DNA of 64,000 nt. It comes from an uncultured delta proteobacterium. GTDB taxonomy: Bacteria > Desulfobacterota > WTBG01. The notes below the pieces were generated by a model. It did not search any database and was not told where the DNA came from. It saw only the letters and a program-made list of their open reading frames with translations. Positions within the stretch are counted from its first letter, which is position 1; every line of letters begins with the position of its first letter. Made by a program: the position numbers and the translations under genes. Of the stretch, positions 12,427 through 23,395 are shown piece by piece. The stretch lies in NCBI GenBank assembly GCA_963793865.1, contig CAWCBP010000001.1:832001-896000 (forward strand), in the 5' to 3' direction.

Positions 12427-13341
12427 TTAAACGACCGGGCATTGAGCGGCGGCCAGCATGTTTGAGAGCCGGGCATATTCATCAATGCTCACTGTGTGAG
12501 CCCGGCGCATAGGATCAATGCCGGCTGCATTCATGGTCTCAACTATGCTTTCCTTCCCCCGGCTCAAGTAGTCGCAGCCTTTAAAGGCGTTCAGCAGCGT
12601 TTTGCGCGGATGGGCAAAAGACAGTTTGACCAGGGTGATGAAGGCTTTCTCATCGGCCAGAGCGGCGAGGGGCCGGCTGCGATGGGTAAACAGCACCACT
12701 TCGGAATCAACCGCCGGGAGCGGATAGAAGCAGTCCTTGAGAACGGTGAGCCGGTGTGTGACATCAAAAAACATCTGTGACAATATGCTGATGATGCCGT
12801 AACCCTGTGTTCCCGCCTGGGCGGAAATGCGGTCTGCTGCTTCCCGCTGTATCATGAGCACCATGCGGGAGATGTACGAGCGCAGCCCCAGCAGCTTGAA
12901 GATGAGCGGGCTGGTGAGGTAGTAGGGCAGGTTGCCCATGATAATCAATGTTTTGCCAAAGCGCCGGGAGAGCCTGCCGTACGCGAAATTGAGGGCGTCG
13001 GCGCGCTCAACTTCCAGGTTGCCGCGGTGCAGCTCGCTGTTCAGGTATGACGCCAGCCTGGTGTCGTATTCAAGCCCGACAACCCGGGCCCCGCTGTCCG
13101 CAAGCGGAGCGGTGAGTATGCCCAGGCCGGCACCGATTTCAACCACCAGGTCGCTGCCGTCTATGCGGGCGAAGCTGACAATCTGCTCGGCGATTGCGCT
13201 CCTGAAGAGAAATACCTGTCCCAGCCGCTTATGGGGTGTGATGCCGTGCCGCCTGAGCGTGCCGATTAAGGCGGAACGCTCAGGATCGTGCCCGTCATTC
13301 ATGCTCGCGGATACGGATCGGCGGCTCATGGGAGGATACAC
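12427..13341 (-). CDS. rsmA: 16S rRNA dimethyltransferase
   Basis: KRLGQVFL, VVEIGAGLG, GNLPYY, MIQRE, VDSEV; start uncertain. Confidence 0.93.
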   Translation of the reverse strand: MYPPMSRRSVSASMNDGHDPERSALIGTLRRHGITPHKRLGQVFLFRSAIAEQIVSFARIDGSDLVVEIGAGLGILTAPLADSGARVVGLEYDTRLASYLNSELHRGNLEVERADALNFAYGRLSRRFGKTLIIMGNLPYYLTSPLIFKLLGLRSYISRMVLMIQREAADRISAQAGTQGYGIISILSQMFFDVTHRLTVLKDCFYPLPAVDSEVVLFTHRSRPLAALADEKAFITLVKLSFAHPRKTLLNAFKGCDYLSRGKESIVETMNAAGIDPMRRAHTVSIDEYARLSNMLAAAQCPVV

Positions 13342-13358
13342 TGTTTGAAATACAGGGG

Positions 13359-13850
13359 CTACGGTTTGAAAAACGTTTTAAAGAGAGGCGCGAGCCTGTC
13401 ATAGGTTTTGTCGAGATGCTCGGGAATGACCATGGCTTCAGCCGCGATGGGCATGAAATTGGTGTCGCCCTGCCAGCGCGGAACAATATGGAAGTGCAGA
13501 TGCCGGGTAATGCCCGCGCCGGCAACCCTCCCCAGATTCATGCCGATGTTAAAGCCGGCAGGCCTGACCGCCTGCTTAAGCAGATCGACCGATTGCCTGA
13601 GGGTGGAAAAGAGCAGGTGCGATTCCTCCGGGTCCAGCTCGCTTAATTGGCCGGTATGCTTTCGGGGCGCAATCAGGAGATGGCAGCTGCTGTAGGGATA
13701 GCGGTTGAGCATGACCAGTGATGATGGACCGGCATACAGCAGCAGGTTTTTCTTGTTCTGGCCGCGCGCCGGGTGATGGCAAAAGATGCAGGTTCTGGTT
13801 TTCTTGCCCAGTATGTACGTCAGTCTCCATGGTGCCCACAGCTGTTTCAT
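13359..13850 (-). CDS. HIT domain hydrolase (Ap4A phosphorylase/FHIT-like)
   Basis: LWAPWR, NRYPY, GFNIGMNLG, HLHFHIVPRW. Confidence 0.92.
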   Translation of the reverse strand: MKQLWAPWRLTYILGKKTRTCIFCHHPARGQNKKNLLLYAGPSSLVMLNRYPYSSCHLLIAPRKHTGQLSELDPEESHLLFSTLRQSVDLLKQAVRPAGFNIGMNLGRVAGAGITRHLHFHIVPRWQGDTNFMPIAAEAMVIPEHLDKTYDRLAPLFKTFFKP

Positions 13851-13868
13851 CGCAACTCCCGGGTTGGA

Positions 13869-14345
13869 TTATAGTGGTATGATGGATGGCTTGATTTCTT
13901 CTCCGATATCAAGGATGCCGACGCTGGTAAAGGGGGCGAATCGGCGGTCGGTGGCGGAGCCGGGGTTGAAAAAGAGAACGCCATTTTTGACCCCGGATGA
14001 GGCACGATGGGTATGACCGTATATGAGCGCATCCAGCGGGCCGAATTCCCTGATCAATCGCTCTTCGATCCCATCGGGAGCACCCCAGCCGTGAATCAGT
14101 CCCAGGGTGAATTTCCCGGCGGAAATCACCCGCTTGACCGGCGACACGTCCCGAATGCCGGGAGAATCCATGTTGCCCGAAACCAGGAGAAGATTCAAAC
14201 CTGAAAACACATCAAGGGCCCGTGCGTCGACCACATCGCCGGCGTGCAGCACCAGGTCCGTGTCTTTAAAATGGCGGTTGATGGCATCGGCCAGACCCTG
14301 ATCATAGCGGCTGAGATGCGTATCAGCAATGACACCGATCTTCAT
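13869..14345 (-). CDS. YfcE/MJ0936-family metallophosphoesterase
   Basis: IADTH, HAGD, GNMD, IHG, GHTH, NPGS. Confidence 0.92.
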   Translation of the reverse strand: MKIGVIADTHLSRYDQGLADAINRHFKDTDLVLHAGDVVDARALDVFSGLNLLLVSGNMDSPGIRDVSPVKRVISAGKFTLGLIHGWGAPDGIEERLIREFGPLDALIYGHTHRASSGVKNGVLFFNPGSATDRRFAPFTSVGILDIGEEIKPSIIPL

Positions 14346-14382
14346 CAAATGATCCTTGTATGTTAAACCGCTGTTCATGTGG

Positions 14383-14406
14383 AGGGGCGACCGGCCGGTC
14401 GCCCCT
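14383..14406. repeat. REP-like perfect 24-bp palindrome
   Basis: aggggcgaccgg|ccggtcgcccct; related copy at 39278-39309. Confidence 0.8.
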
Positions 14407-14429
14407 GCGGATCAAAAGCAATTTTCGTG

Positions 14430-15167
14430 TTACAGGGAAACCAGCTCAATATCTCCCCAGGCCCCCATGTGATCCCCCACGATGATAAGCGCCCCGCAAA
14501 CACCTTCGATCTCCCGGGCGCGGTCAAGGCCGCGCTGTATATCGTCCTCGCGCGTGACGCAATTGCCGACGGCGGTTGCCGCCGCGTCGGCAAGAAACGC
14601 TGAGGGGGCGCTGATGGTGACCGCATCAGCCCGGCCGAAGCTGACGGAATGACCCACCGTGCCGGAGGACGTACAGACGCCGAGAGGGGTTTTCCCGAAG
14701 GGTATGAGCAGGGCCAGTCTGTTGCTGAGCGGCGAAGAGCCGGCATAAATGCCGATGCGTATGTCGCGGGTAACGCTGATATAGAGATCGCCGCCGTTTT
14801 CAACCACCACCTGGGGGGTGTGCCGCAGCAGGTCCTTTCCCACCTCTTCCGCGAATGCGCCCGCCACGGCCGCCATGGGGCCGACACCTGACCGTTCTGC
14901 CGCCTGCAGCATCCCGCGGACAATGGGCGGAGCGTGGGGATCCGGCGGCAGCGGTGCAAAGGCATGAAGGAATGAAGGATGCTCCCTGAGGTAGGTTTCG
15001 AGCTGATAGCGGTGGTTTAAAATTGAGCGGAGGGCCTCTTCTTCCAGTCGGGTTTGGGCGAGGATGTACAGATCGGTCTCCTGAACGGTCACGGTAAAGG
15101 GCAGGAGGTCCCCTGAATTTATCAGGTCACGGTAAAACCTGCGCTGGTGTCCGACAGGGGAAGTCAT
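14430..15167 (-). CDS. UPF0280 family protein (ApbE superfamily)
   Basis: ETDL, GVGPMAAVAGA, VENGGD, CTSSGTVGHSVSFGRADA, ADAAATA; start 15167 or 15197. Confidence 0.88.
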   Translation of the reverse strand: MTSPVGHQRRFYRDLINSGDLLPFTVTVQETDLYILAQTRLEEEALRSILNHRYQLETYLREHPSFLHAFAPLPPDPHAPPIVRGMLQAAERSGVGPMAAVAGAFAEEVGKDLLRHTPQVVVENGGDLYISVTRDIRIGIYAGSSPLSNRLALLIPFGKTPLGVCTSSGTVGHSVSFGRADAVTISAPSAFLADAAATAVGNCVTREDDIQRGLDRAREIEGVCGALIIVGDHMGAWGDIELVSL

Positions 15168-15197
15168 AGCGGTGCTGAAAAGCGCTTTGTGAGCCAT

Positions 15198-18100
15198 CTA
15201 GGAGAAAGAACGCAGCGCCCTGCCGAAAATGCTTCTCAGCTCATTGGCAAAGGCGGGTGAAGGATTTACCTTGAACTCGTCGCCGAGCGAAAGGACGGTT
15301 TCCCGACTGCCGGGGGCAAGCAGATGCAGAAAGATCCGGCACCGGCCGGGATAGCTGAGGATGGATTGTTTGAGATCCCCCAGCTGCTGCGCGGTCATGT
15401 CATCCGTGCTGAGGGTGATATGGGCGGCCTCGACGGAGGCTGCAGCCTGCCGGCTGAGGGGAACGATTTTACCCGCGACTATCTTGGCGGTGTCGGATTC
15501 GTCCTCCCGGTTCACCCTCCCGGTAACCAGCAGGGGCTGGTCGCTCTTGATGAGCTCGGCGCAGGTCTTGAAAAGGTCGGCAAAGACGATGACCTCGACC
15601 ACCCCTTTCAAATCCTCAAGCGAGACAAAGCACATCCGCTCCCCCTTGCGGTTGTTGATTTCACGTATTTTGCCGGGGATGCCCGCAATTCTGACCTCGC
15701 TGTCCTTGGGAAAATTGATGATGGTCAGTGTGTCGGCGGTGGTGTGCTGCTGGATGTAATCCTTGAACTGATTAAGGGGGTGTTTGCTGATGAAGAAGCC
15801 CAGAGCCTCCTTTTCGTAGCCCAACAGTTCCTCATCGCTCCACTCCTCAAGTGCCGGATATGCGTCTTCTCCCGAACCGTTGCCCGACGAGGAGCCGAAG
15901 AGGTTGAAAAGCGAGGCCTGCTTGCGCATCCTGTCCTTCTGCACGCGCTGCGCCTGCTCCATGGCCTTGTCCAGCACCGCCATCAGCTGTGAACGGCGCG
16001 TCCCGGTGGCATCGAAGGCGCCGCACTTGATAAGGCTCTCAATCACCTTTTTGTTGACCTTGCGCAGGTCAATGCGCGAGCAGAAATCGTACAGCGACCG
16101 GAAGGGGCCGGATTCGGCCCGGTTTCCGATGATGGATTCGATGGCGGCGCCGCCGACATTTTTTACCGCGCTGAGGCCAAAGCGGATTTTTCCCTGGGCG
16201 ACGGTGAAATCCCTGGCGCTCTCGTTGATAGCGGGGGGCAGCACGTCGATGTTCATTTCCCGGCACTCGTTCATGTAGCGAAGGATTTTGTCATTGTTAT
16301 CCATTTCGCAGGTGAGCAGGGCGGCCATGAATTCAACCGGATGGTGTGTCTTCAGGTATGCCGTGTAATAGGCGATGAGGGCGTAGGCGGTGCTGTGTGA
16401 CTTGTTGAATCCGTACTCGGCGAATTTTGCCATCTGGTTGAAGATCTGTTCCGCCTTTTTGGGGTTGAGCCGGTTTTTCTTCGCCCCCAGCAGGAACTTC
16501 TCCTTCTGCGCCTCCATCACATCGCCCTTTTTCTTTCCCATGGCCCGCCTGAGCAGATCGGCGTCACCGAGAGAGAAATTGGCCAGCTTGCTGGCGATAT
16601 GCATTACCTGCTCCTGGTAGAGGATGACCCCGTAGGTCTCGGAGAGAATGTCCTTGAGCTCGGGCAGCTCGTAGGTGATGGGAATGTCGCCGCGCTTGCG
16701 CTTGATGAAATCGTCCACCATGCCGCTGCCCAGCGGGCCGGGGCGGTAGAGCGCCAGCAGGGCGATGAGGTCCCAGATGTTCTCCGGCCTGAGCTTGGCC
16801 ACCAGATCCTTCATGCCCTGGCTCTCCAGCTGGAACACACCGTCGGTGGTGCCGCCCGAAAGCATGGCGTAGGTAGCCGCATCGTCAAGCGGGAGGGCTT
16901 CGGTGGTGAGCTGCTCATCCCGGCCCTGGTTGATGAGCAACAGGCACTTCTGGATCACGGTAAGCGTTTTAAGGCCCAGAAAATCGAACTTGATGAGCCC
17001 GATTTTGCCCACATCGTTCATGGCATACTGGGTGACAACTTCGTTGTTCTGGCCGCGGTAGAGGGGGAGATACTCGATGAGCGGTTTGTCGGCGATGACG
17101 ATTCCGGCGGCGTGGGTCGACGCGTGGCGGGGAAGGCCCTCAAGCGAGAGGGAGAGGGTGAACAAATCCTTGACCTCCTCGCTCCCCTCCATCAGTTCGC
17201 GAAGCCGCGGCTCCTGCTTGAGCGCGTCGGTAAGGGTTATGTTGAGCACGTTGGGTATGAGCTTGGCGATCCGGTCGACATCCTTGTAGGGCATGCCCAG
17301 CACCCGGCCCACGTCACGCAGCACCCCTTTGGCCTGCATTTTTCCGAAGGTGATGATCTGGGCCACATTGTCCTTGCTGTATTTTGAAGTGACATACTCG
17401 ATGATTTCGTCCCGTCGCTCCTTGCAGAAATCGATGTCGATATCGGGCGGGCTGATGCGCTCGGGATTGAGAAACCGCTCGAAGAGCAGGCCGTAGGTAA
17501 TGGGATCAACCTCGGTGATGTTCAGGGCGTAGGCCACCAGACTGCCCGCGGCGGATCCCCTGCCGGGACCGACCGGTATGCCCCGTTCCTTGGCATAGCC
17601 CACGAAATCCGCGACAATGAGGAAATAATCGGTAAACCCGGTCTTGCGGATGATTGCCAGCTCTTCATCCAGGCGCGCCTGATAGAGCGCGGCCTGGGCT
17701 TCATCATCGCTTCCGGTGCGCAAGCCGCGCAGCCGCTCCTGAAGCCCCTTGCAGGCAAGGGCTCGCAGATGATCATTCAGGCTTATCCCCGGCGGGGCCT
17801 GGAAGGCCGGGAAGCGCGTTTCGTCAAAGGTGAATTCCAGGTTGCAGCGTTCGGCTATCTCGATGGTGTTGCTGATCGCCTCCGGCGCGTAGGAAAAAAG
17901 GCCGATCATTTCCTCGGGAGACTTGAAGTAGAATTCATCGGTGGTAAACTGCATGCGGTCGGGGCTGTCCAGGGTTTTCCCGGTCTGCAGGCAGAGCAGA
18001 ATGTCGTGTGCGCGCGCCTCCCGCTTTTCCAGATAATGGCAGTCATTGGAGGCCACCAGGGGGAGGGACAGCTCCCGGGACATCTGCATGAGCCGCTCAT

Positions 18101-18668
18101 TGACTACCTTCTGCTCGGGTATCTTGTTCTCGTGGATTTCGAGATAAAAGCGGCGGTCGTCAAAAATGGCGCTGTATTCAGATGCCGCCTGGAGGGCCTT
18201 TTCGTACGAATGATTGAGAATATGGGTGGCCAGCTCGCCGTGCAGGCAGGCGCTTAAGGCAATCAGGCCTTCATTGCGTTCGGCCAGCAGCTCCTTGTCG
18301 ATGCGCGGGCGGTAATAAAATCCCTCGAGATAGCCCTTGCTGACCAGGTAAACCAGGTTTTTATAGCCGGTCTCGTTTTGAGCCAGCAGGATGAGATGGT
18401 AAAAGGTTTCAGCGCCGCTGCGGGCATCTTTTTCAAAGCGGCTGCCGGGGGCGATGTACATCTCGCACCCGATGATGGGCTTGATACCGTGGCGGCAGGC
18501 CTGCTGGTAGAACTCGATGGCGCCGAACATGTTGCCGTGATCGGTTATGGCCAGGGCCGGCATCTTGTACTGGCCGGCCTTCTGAAACAGCGCCTCGGGG
18601 CGGATTGCGCCGTCCAGCAGGCTGTAGTGGGTGTGGAGGTGAAGGTGCACGAACGGGGAGTGCTTCAC
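15198..18668 (-). CDS. dnaE: DNA polymerase III alpha subunit
   Basis: FVHLHLHTHYSLLDG, PGRGSAAGS, PPDIDIDF, KFDFLGL, YGFNKSH. Confidence 0.98.
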   Translation of the reverse strand: MKHSPFVHLHLHTHYSLLDGAIRPEALFQKAGQYKMPALAITDHGNMFGAIEFYQQACRHGIKPIIGCEMYIAPGSRFEKDARSGAETFYHLILLAQNETGYKNLVYLVSKGYLEGFYYRPRIDKELLAERNEGLIALSACLHGELATHILNHSYEKALQAASEYSAIFDDRRFYLEIHENKIPEQKVVNERLMQMSRELSLPLVASNDCHYLEKREARAHDILLCLQTGKTLDSPDRMQFTTDEFYFKSPEEMIGLFSYAPEAISNTIEIAERCNLEFTFDETRFPAFQAPPGISLNDHLRALACKGLQERLRGLRTGSDDEAQAALYQARLDEELAIIRKTGFTDYFLIVADFVGYAKERGIPVGPGRGSAAGSLVAYALNITEVDPITYGLLFERFLNPERISPPDIDIDFCKERRDEIIEYVTSKYSKDNVAQIITFGKMQAKGVLRDVGRVLGMPYKDVDRIAKLIPNVLNITLTDALKQEPRLRELMEGSEEVKDLFTLSLSLEGLPRHASTHAAGIVIADKPLIEYLPLYRGQNNEVVTQYAMNDVGKIGLIKFDFLGLKTLTVIQKCLLLINQGRDEQLTTEALPLDDAATYAMLSGGTTDGVFQLESQGMKDLVAKLRPENIWDLIALLALYRPGPLGSGMVDDFIKRKRGDIPITYELPELKDILSETYGVILYQEQVMHIASKLANFSLGDADLLRRAMGKKKGDVMEAQKEKFLLGAKKNRLNPKKAEQIFNQMAKFAEYGFNKSHSTAYALIAYYTAYLKTHHPVEFMAALLTCEMDNNDKILRYMNECREMNIDVLPPAINESARDFTVAQGKIRFGLSAVKNVGGAAIESIIGNRAESGPFRSLYDFCSRIDLRKVNKKVIESLIKCGAFDATGTRRSQLMAVLDKAMEQAQRVQKDRMRKQASLFNLFGSSSGNGSGEDAYPALEEWSDEELLGYEKEALGFFISKHPLNQFKDYIQQHTTADTLTIINFPKDSEVRIAGIPGKIREINNRKGERMCFVSLEDLKGVVEVIVFADLFKTCAELIKSDQPLLVTGRVNREDESDTAKIVAGKIVPLSRQAAASVEAAHITLSTDDMTAQQLGDLKQSILSYPGRCRIFLHLLAPGSRETVLSLGDEFKVNPSPAFANELRSIFGRALRSFS

Positions 18669-18674
18669 GGCGCC

Positions 18675-20219
18675 TCACTCCCACTCGATGGTGCTGGGCG
18701 GCTTGGAGGAAATGTCATACACCACCCGGTTGATCCCCTTGACCTCGTTGATAATCCTGTTTGAAATCCGGGCCAGCAGCTCGTGGGGAAGCCTGGCCCA
18801 GTCAGCGGTCATGCCGTCGACGCTGTTGACGGCGCGAAGGGCAATGACATTTTCGTAGGTTCGTTCATCTCCCATCACGCCGACGGTTTTCACCGGCAGG
18901 AGGACGGCAAATGACTGCCAGACCTTGTCGTAGAATGCGGCCCGCTTGATTTCCTCAAGCACAATGGCATCCGCGCTTCGAAGCAGCGCGAGACCGTCGC
19001 GGGTGACCGGGCCGAGAATGCGCACCGCAAGTCCCGGTCCCGGGAAGGGCTGGCGGTTGATTAACTCCCCGCAAATGCCCAGCTCGTGCCCCAGCGCCCG
19101 CACTTCGTCCTTGAAGAGCTCGCGCAGCGGTTCAATCAGCTTCAGGTTCATCCGCTCGGGAAGACCGCCCACGTTGTGGTGGCTCTTGATGGTGGCTGAC
19201 GGGCCCTTCAATGATATGCTTTCGATGACGTCGGGGTAGAGAGTGCCCTGTGCCAGGAAATCAACCCTGCCCAGCTTGCGGGCCTCCTGCTCAAAGCGGA
19301 GAATAAATTCCTCACCGATAATTTTGCGCTTGCGTTCGGGGTCGCTTACCCCGGACAGGCGCTGCAGGAAGGCTTCTGACGCATCCGCGTGGATGAGGGG
19401 TATGCCGAGGCGGTTTTGAAAGCATTCCACCACCCGCTCCGGTTCGGACATCCTGAGCAGACCGTTGTCGATAAAAATGCAATGCAGCTGGCCGCCGATC
19501 GCCCGGTGGAGCAGCACCGCCGCCACGGTAGAATCCACCCCCCCGCTCACCCCGCAGATCACCTGTTTCCCGCCGACCGCGTCACGGATGGACTCTATGG
19601 AGCCGGCAATAAATGACTGCATGGTCCATCCCGGTTTGCAGGCGCAGATCTCAAACAGAAAATTTTCAAGCATCTGCTTCCCCTGCGGGGTGTGCACGAC
19701 CTCGGGGTGAAATTGGACTCCGTAGTGCGGCCGGGATGTGCTGCGGATTGCGGCTGCGGGCGAGTTGCCGCTGTGGGCAATGGAAATGAAGCCGGGGGGC
19801 ATTGCGGTGATGCGGTCACCATGGCTCATCCACACCGGGAGGGAGGCGCCGCTGCTGAAATGCTTGAAAAGATCGTTGGGTTCGTCGAGGATGAGCGCCG
19901 CGCTGCCGAATTCTCTGCGGTCCGACTTTTCAACCGTCCCGCCGAAGCATTCGGCCATAAAGTGCATGCCGTAGCAGATTCCCAGCACCGGTATCCCGTC
20001 GGAGAGCAGCGCGCGGTCCGGCCGGGGCGCGTCGCGGTCATGGATGCTCGCCGGCGAGCCTGACAAAATGATGCCCTTGGGGTTGAAGTCGCGGATCTTG
20101 GCAAGCGGGGCGTGGTAGGGATATATTTCGGCGTATACATGGCACTCGCGCACCCTGCGCGCGATAAGCTGGGTGTACTGCGAGCCGAAATCCAGAATTA
20201 ATATCCTGTCCTGATGCAC
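18675..20219 (-). CDS. guaA: GMP synthase (glutamine-hydrolysing)
   Basis: [47 protein letters not shown]; start GTG 20219. Confidence 0.97.
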   Translation of the reverse strand: MHQDRILILDFGSQYTQLIARRVRECHVYAEIYPYHAPLAKIRDFNPKGIILSGSPASIHDRDAPRPDRALLSDGIPVLGICYGMHFMAECFGGTVEKSDRREFGSAALILDEPNDLFKHFSSGASLPVWMSHGDRITAMPPGFISIAHSGNSPAAAIRSTSRPHYGVQFHPEVVHTPQGKQMLENFLFEICACKPGWTMQSFIAGSIESIRDAVGGKQVICGVSGGVDSTVAAVLLHRAIGGQLHCIFIDNGLLRMSEPERVVECFQNRLGIPLIHADASEAFLQRLSGVSDPERKRKIIGEEFILRFEQEARKLGRVDFLAQGTLYPDVIESISLKGPSATIKSHHNVGGLPERMNLKLIEPLRELFKDEVRALGHELGICGELINRQPFPGPGLAVRILGPVTRDGLALLRSADAIVLEEIKRAAFYDKVWQSFAVLLPVKTVGVMGDERTYENVIALRAVNSVDGMTADWARLPHELLARISNRIINEVKGINRVVYDISSKPPSTIEWE

Positions 20220-20239
20220 GGCGTTATCCTGTGCCGGAG

Positions 20240-21715
<1,476 letters not shown>

Positions 21716-21761
21716 TTACCGTGCGTGAAACAGCTGCCTGCTGCCTTCAGTTTGATGAAGA

Positions 21762-21790
21762 AAGGTATCGTAAATAGTCCGGCCTGTCAA
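21762..21790 (-). promoter_or_regulatory. Putative sigma70 promoter for guaB-guaA
   Basis: Minus strand TTGACA-17 nt-TACCTT. Confidence 0.5.
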
Positions 21791-21829
21791 GGCAAAACCC
21801 GTCGGGAAAACCCCGGCAGGTATGGTTAT

Positions 21830-22774
21830 TTACGGCTGCCGGCAGGCATCAATGAGGATGCCCTCCAGAAGGCCTCCATCCGATACGATTATGAGGTCAA
21901 AACCGAAGCGATCCATGATCTGCAGCACAATTGCCGATCCCGAGATGATCAGATCTTCCCGGCCGGGCTCGAGGCCGGGCACGTGCATGCGCTCCTCCCG
22001 CCTCATGGCTGACAGCCGGCGCAGGATGGATGCAATTTTATCGCGTGACAAGACGTAGTTGTTGATGCGGCGCGGATCGTACTGATTCAGTGCCTGGTCA
22101 ATGGCGGCAAGGGTGGTGATGGTGCCGGCCGTGCCGATGAGCACACCGGATGCGGGGGAGGGTGCCGGGAAGGGGGAACTCGCATCCGGCGCCAGGGCGG
22201 TGTCGAGCGCTTTTTTAATGCGATCGTGCATATCGCCTTGCTCCTGCTGCGATGGAGGATCGCTGCGAAGCAGCTCTTCGCACAGGTGCACGGCCCCGAG
22301 GCGGATGCTGAGAACCAGCGGCGGATGGTGGTGACGGGACAGGATTAGCTCTGTGCTTCCTCCGCCGATATCGACGATACAGGAGCGGTCGGGGGCCGCA
22401 ACCGAGGACAGCACGCCGGCGCAGGATAAGCGCCCTTCCTCGTCACCGCTCAAAACCTTTATGCCAATGCCGGTGCGCCGTTCTACGGCACGGACAAATT
22501 CAGGCCCGTTTACGGCTTCGCGCACCACGCTGGTGGCAACGGCGTGAACAGCACGAGCTGCATGATCCCGTATGATGTTGCTGAAGGTGTCGAGGGCCTG
22601 AAGGCTTCGCCGGCAGGCAGCCGGGCTGATCCGTCCGCCGGAGTAAAATCCCTCTCCGAGCCGGGTAATGATGCGTTCGCGGTGAACGGGGATAAGCGCA
22701 CCGGCGGGTGGTACGTCCGCGATGAGCAGTCGCAAGGTATTGGTGCCGATGTCTATTGAAGAGGCCCGGATCAC
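21830..22774 (-). CDS. Ppx/GppA family exopolyphosphatase (short form)
   Basis: IDIGTNT, ATSVVREAVNG, DIGGGSTE, GTAGT, GLLEG. Confidence 0.92.
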   Translation of the reverse strand: MIRASSIDIGTNTLRLLIADVPPAGALIPVHRERIITRLGEGFYSGGRISPAACRRSLQALDTFSNIIRDHAARAVHAVATSVVREAVNGPEFVRAVERRTGIGIKVLSGDEEGRLSCAGVLSSVAAPDRSCIVDIGGGSTELILSRHHHPPLVLSIRLGAVHLCEELLRSDPPSQQEQGDMHDRIKKALDTALAPDASSPFPAPSPASGVLIGTAGTITTLAAIDQALNQYDPRRINNYVLSRDKIASILRRLSAMRREERMHVPGLEPGREDLIISGSAIVLQIMDRFGFDLIIVSDGGLLEGILIDACRQP

Positions 22775-22889
22775 ACAACTATTAAAGTGAGGTTAGGGGA
22801 AACGATTGATTTTTTGAGCACAGGGCAGACTGCAATCGGAAAGGGCGACGTCGCTATTTCCGGGGGAGCCGGCTCGAAGATCAGGGCGG

Positions 22890-23387
22890 CTACGGCTGAG
22901 CGCAATCCTGATCATCACCCTTTATTTTTGAGACTGCATGCGGGATGGCCGGGAGTATGGCCGCCAGGTTTTCACGCACCGCTTTTGGGCTTCCCGGCAG
23001 ATTGACGATGAGAGACCGGCCCCGGACTCCAACCACGGCCCGGCTGATCATGGCGTGGGGGGTTTTTTTTAAACTCTCCATGCGCATCACTTCCGCCATG
23101 CCCGGGATCTGCTTGTCGATCACCGCCAGCGTCGCCTCGGGAGTGAAATCCCGCTCCCCAACCCCGGTGCCCCCGCTGGTCAGGATCAAATCCAGCCCAA
23201 GGCTGTCGGCGAAGTGGATGAGCCTGTCGGAAATGAGGCCCTTCTCATCGGGAATGATCTCATAGCATTTAACCTCCGCCGGGAGGGATGCAAGCATGTC
23301 CCTGATGGCGGGACCGCTTAAGTCCTCCCGCCGGCCGGCCGCCCCCTTGTCGCTGATGGTGATAATGCCTGCAGAAATCATGCTCAC
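22890..23387 (-). CDS. mog: Molybdopterin adenylyltransferase (MogA/MoaB family)
   Basis: ITISD, DLSG, TSGGTG, DFTPEAT, NLPGSPKAV. Confidence 0.88.
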   Translation of the reverse strand: MSMISAGIITISDKGAAGRREDLSGPAIRDMLASLPAEVKCYEIIPDEKGLISDRLIHFADSLGLDLILTSGGTGVGERDFTPEATLAVIDKQIPGMAEVMRMESLKKTPHAMISRAVVGVRGRSLIVNLPGSPKAVRENLAAILPAIPHAVSKIKGDDQDCAQP

Positions 23388-23395
23388 GGTTTCGC

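Noticed and set aside
15198..18668. Intein in dnaE
   Set aside because: Length and motif spacing are normal; no splice-junction or homing endonuclease motifs were seen.
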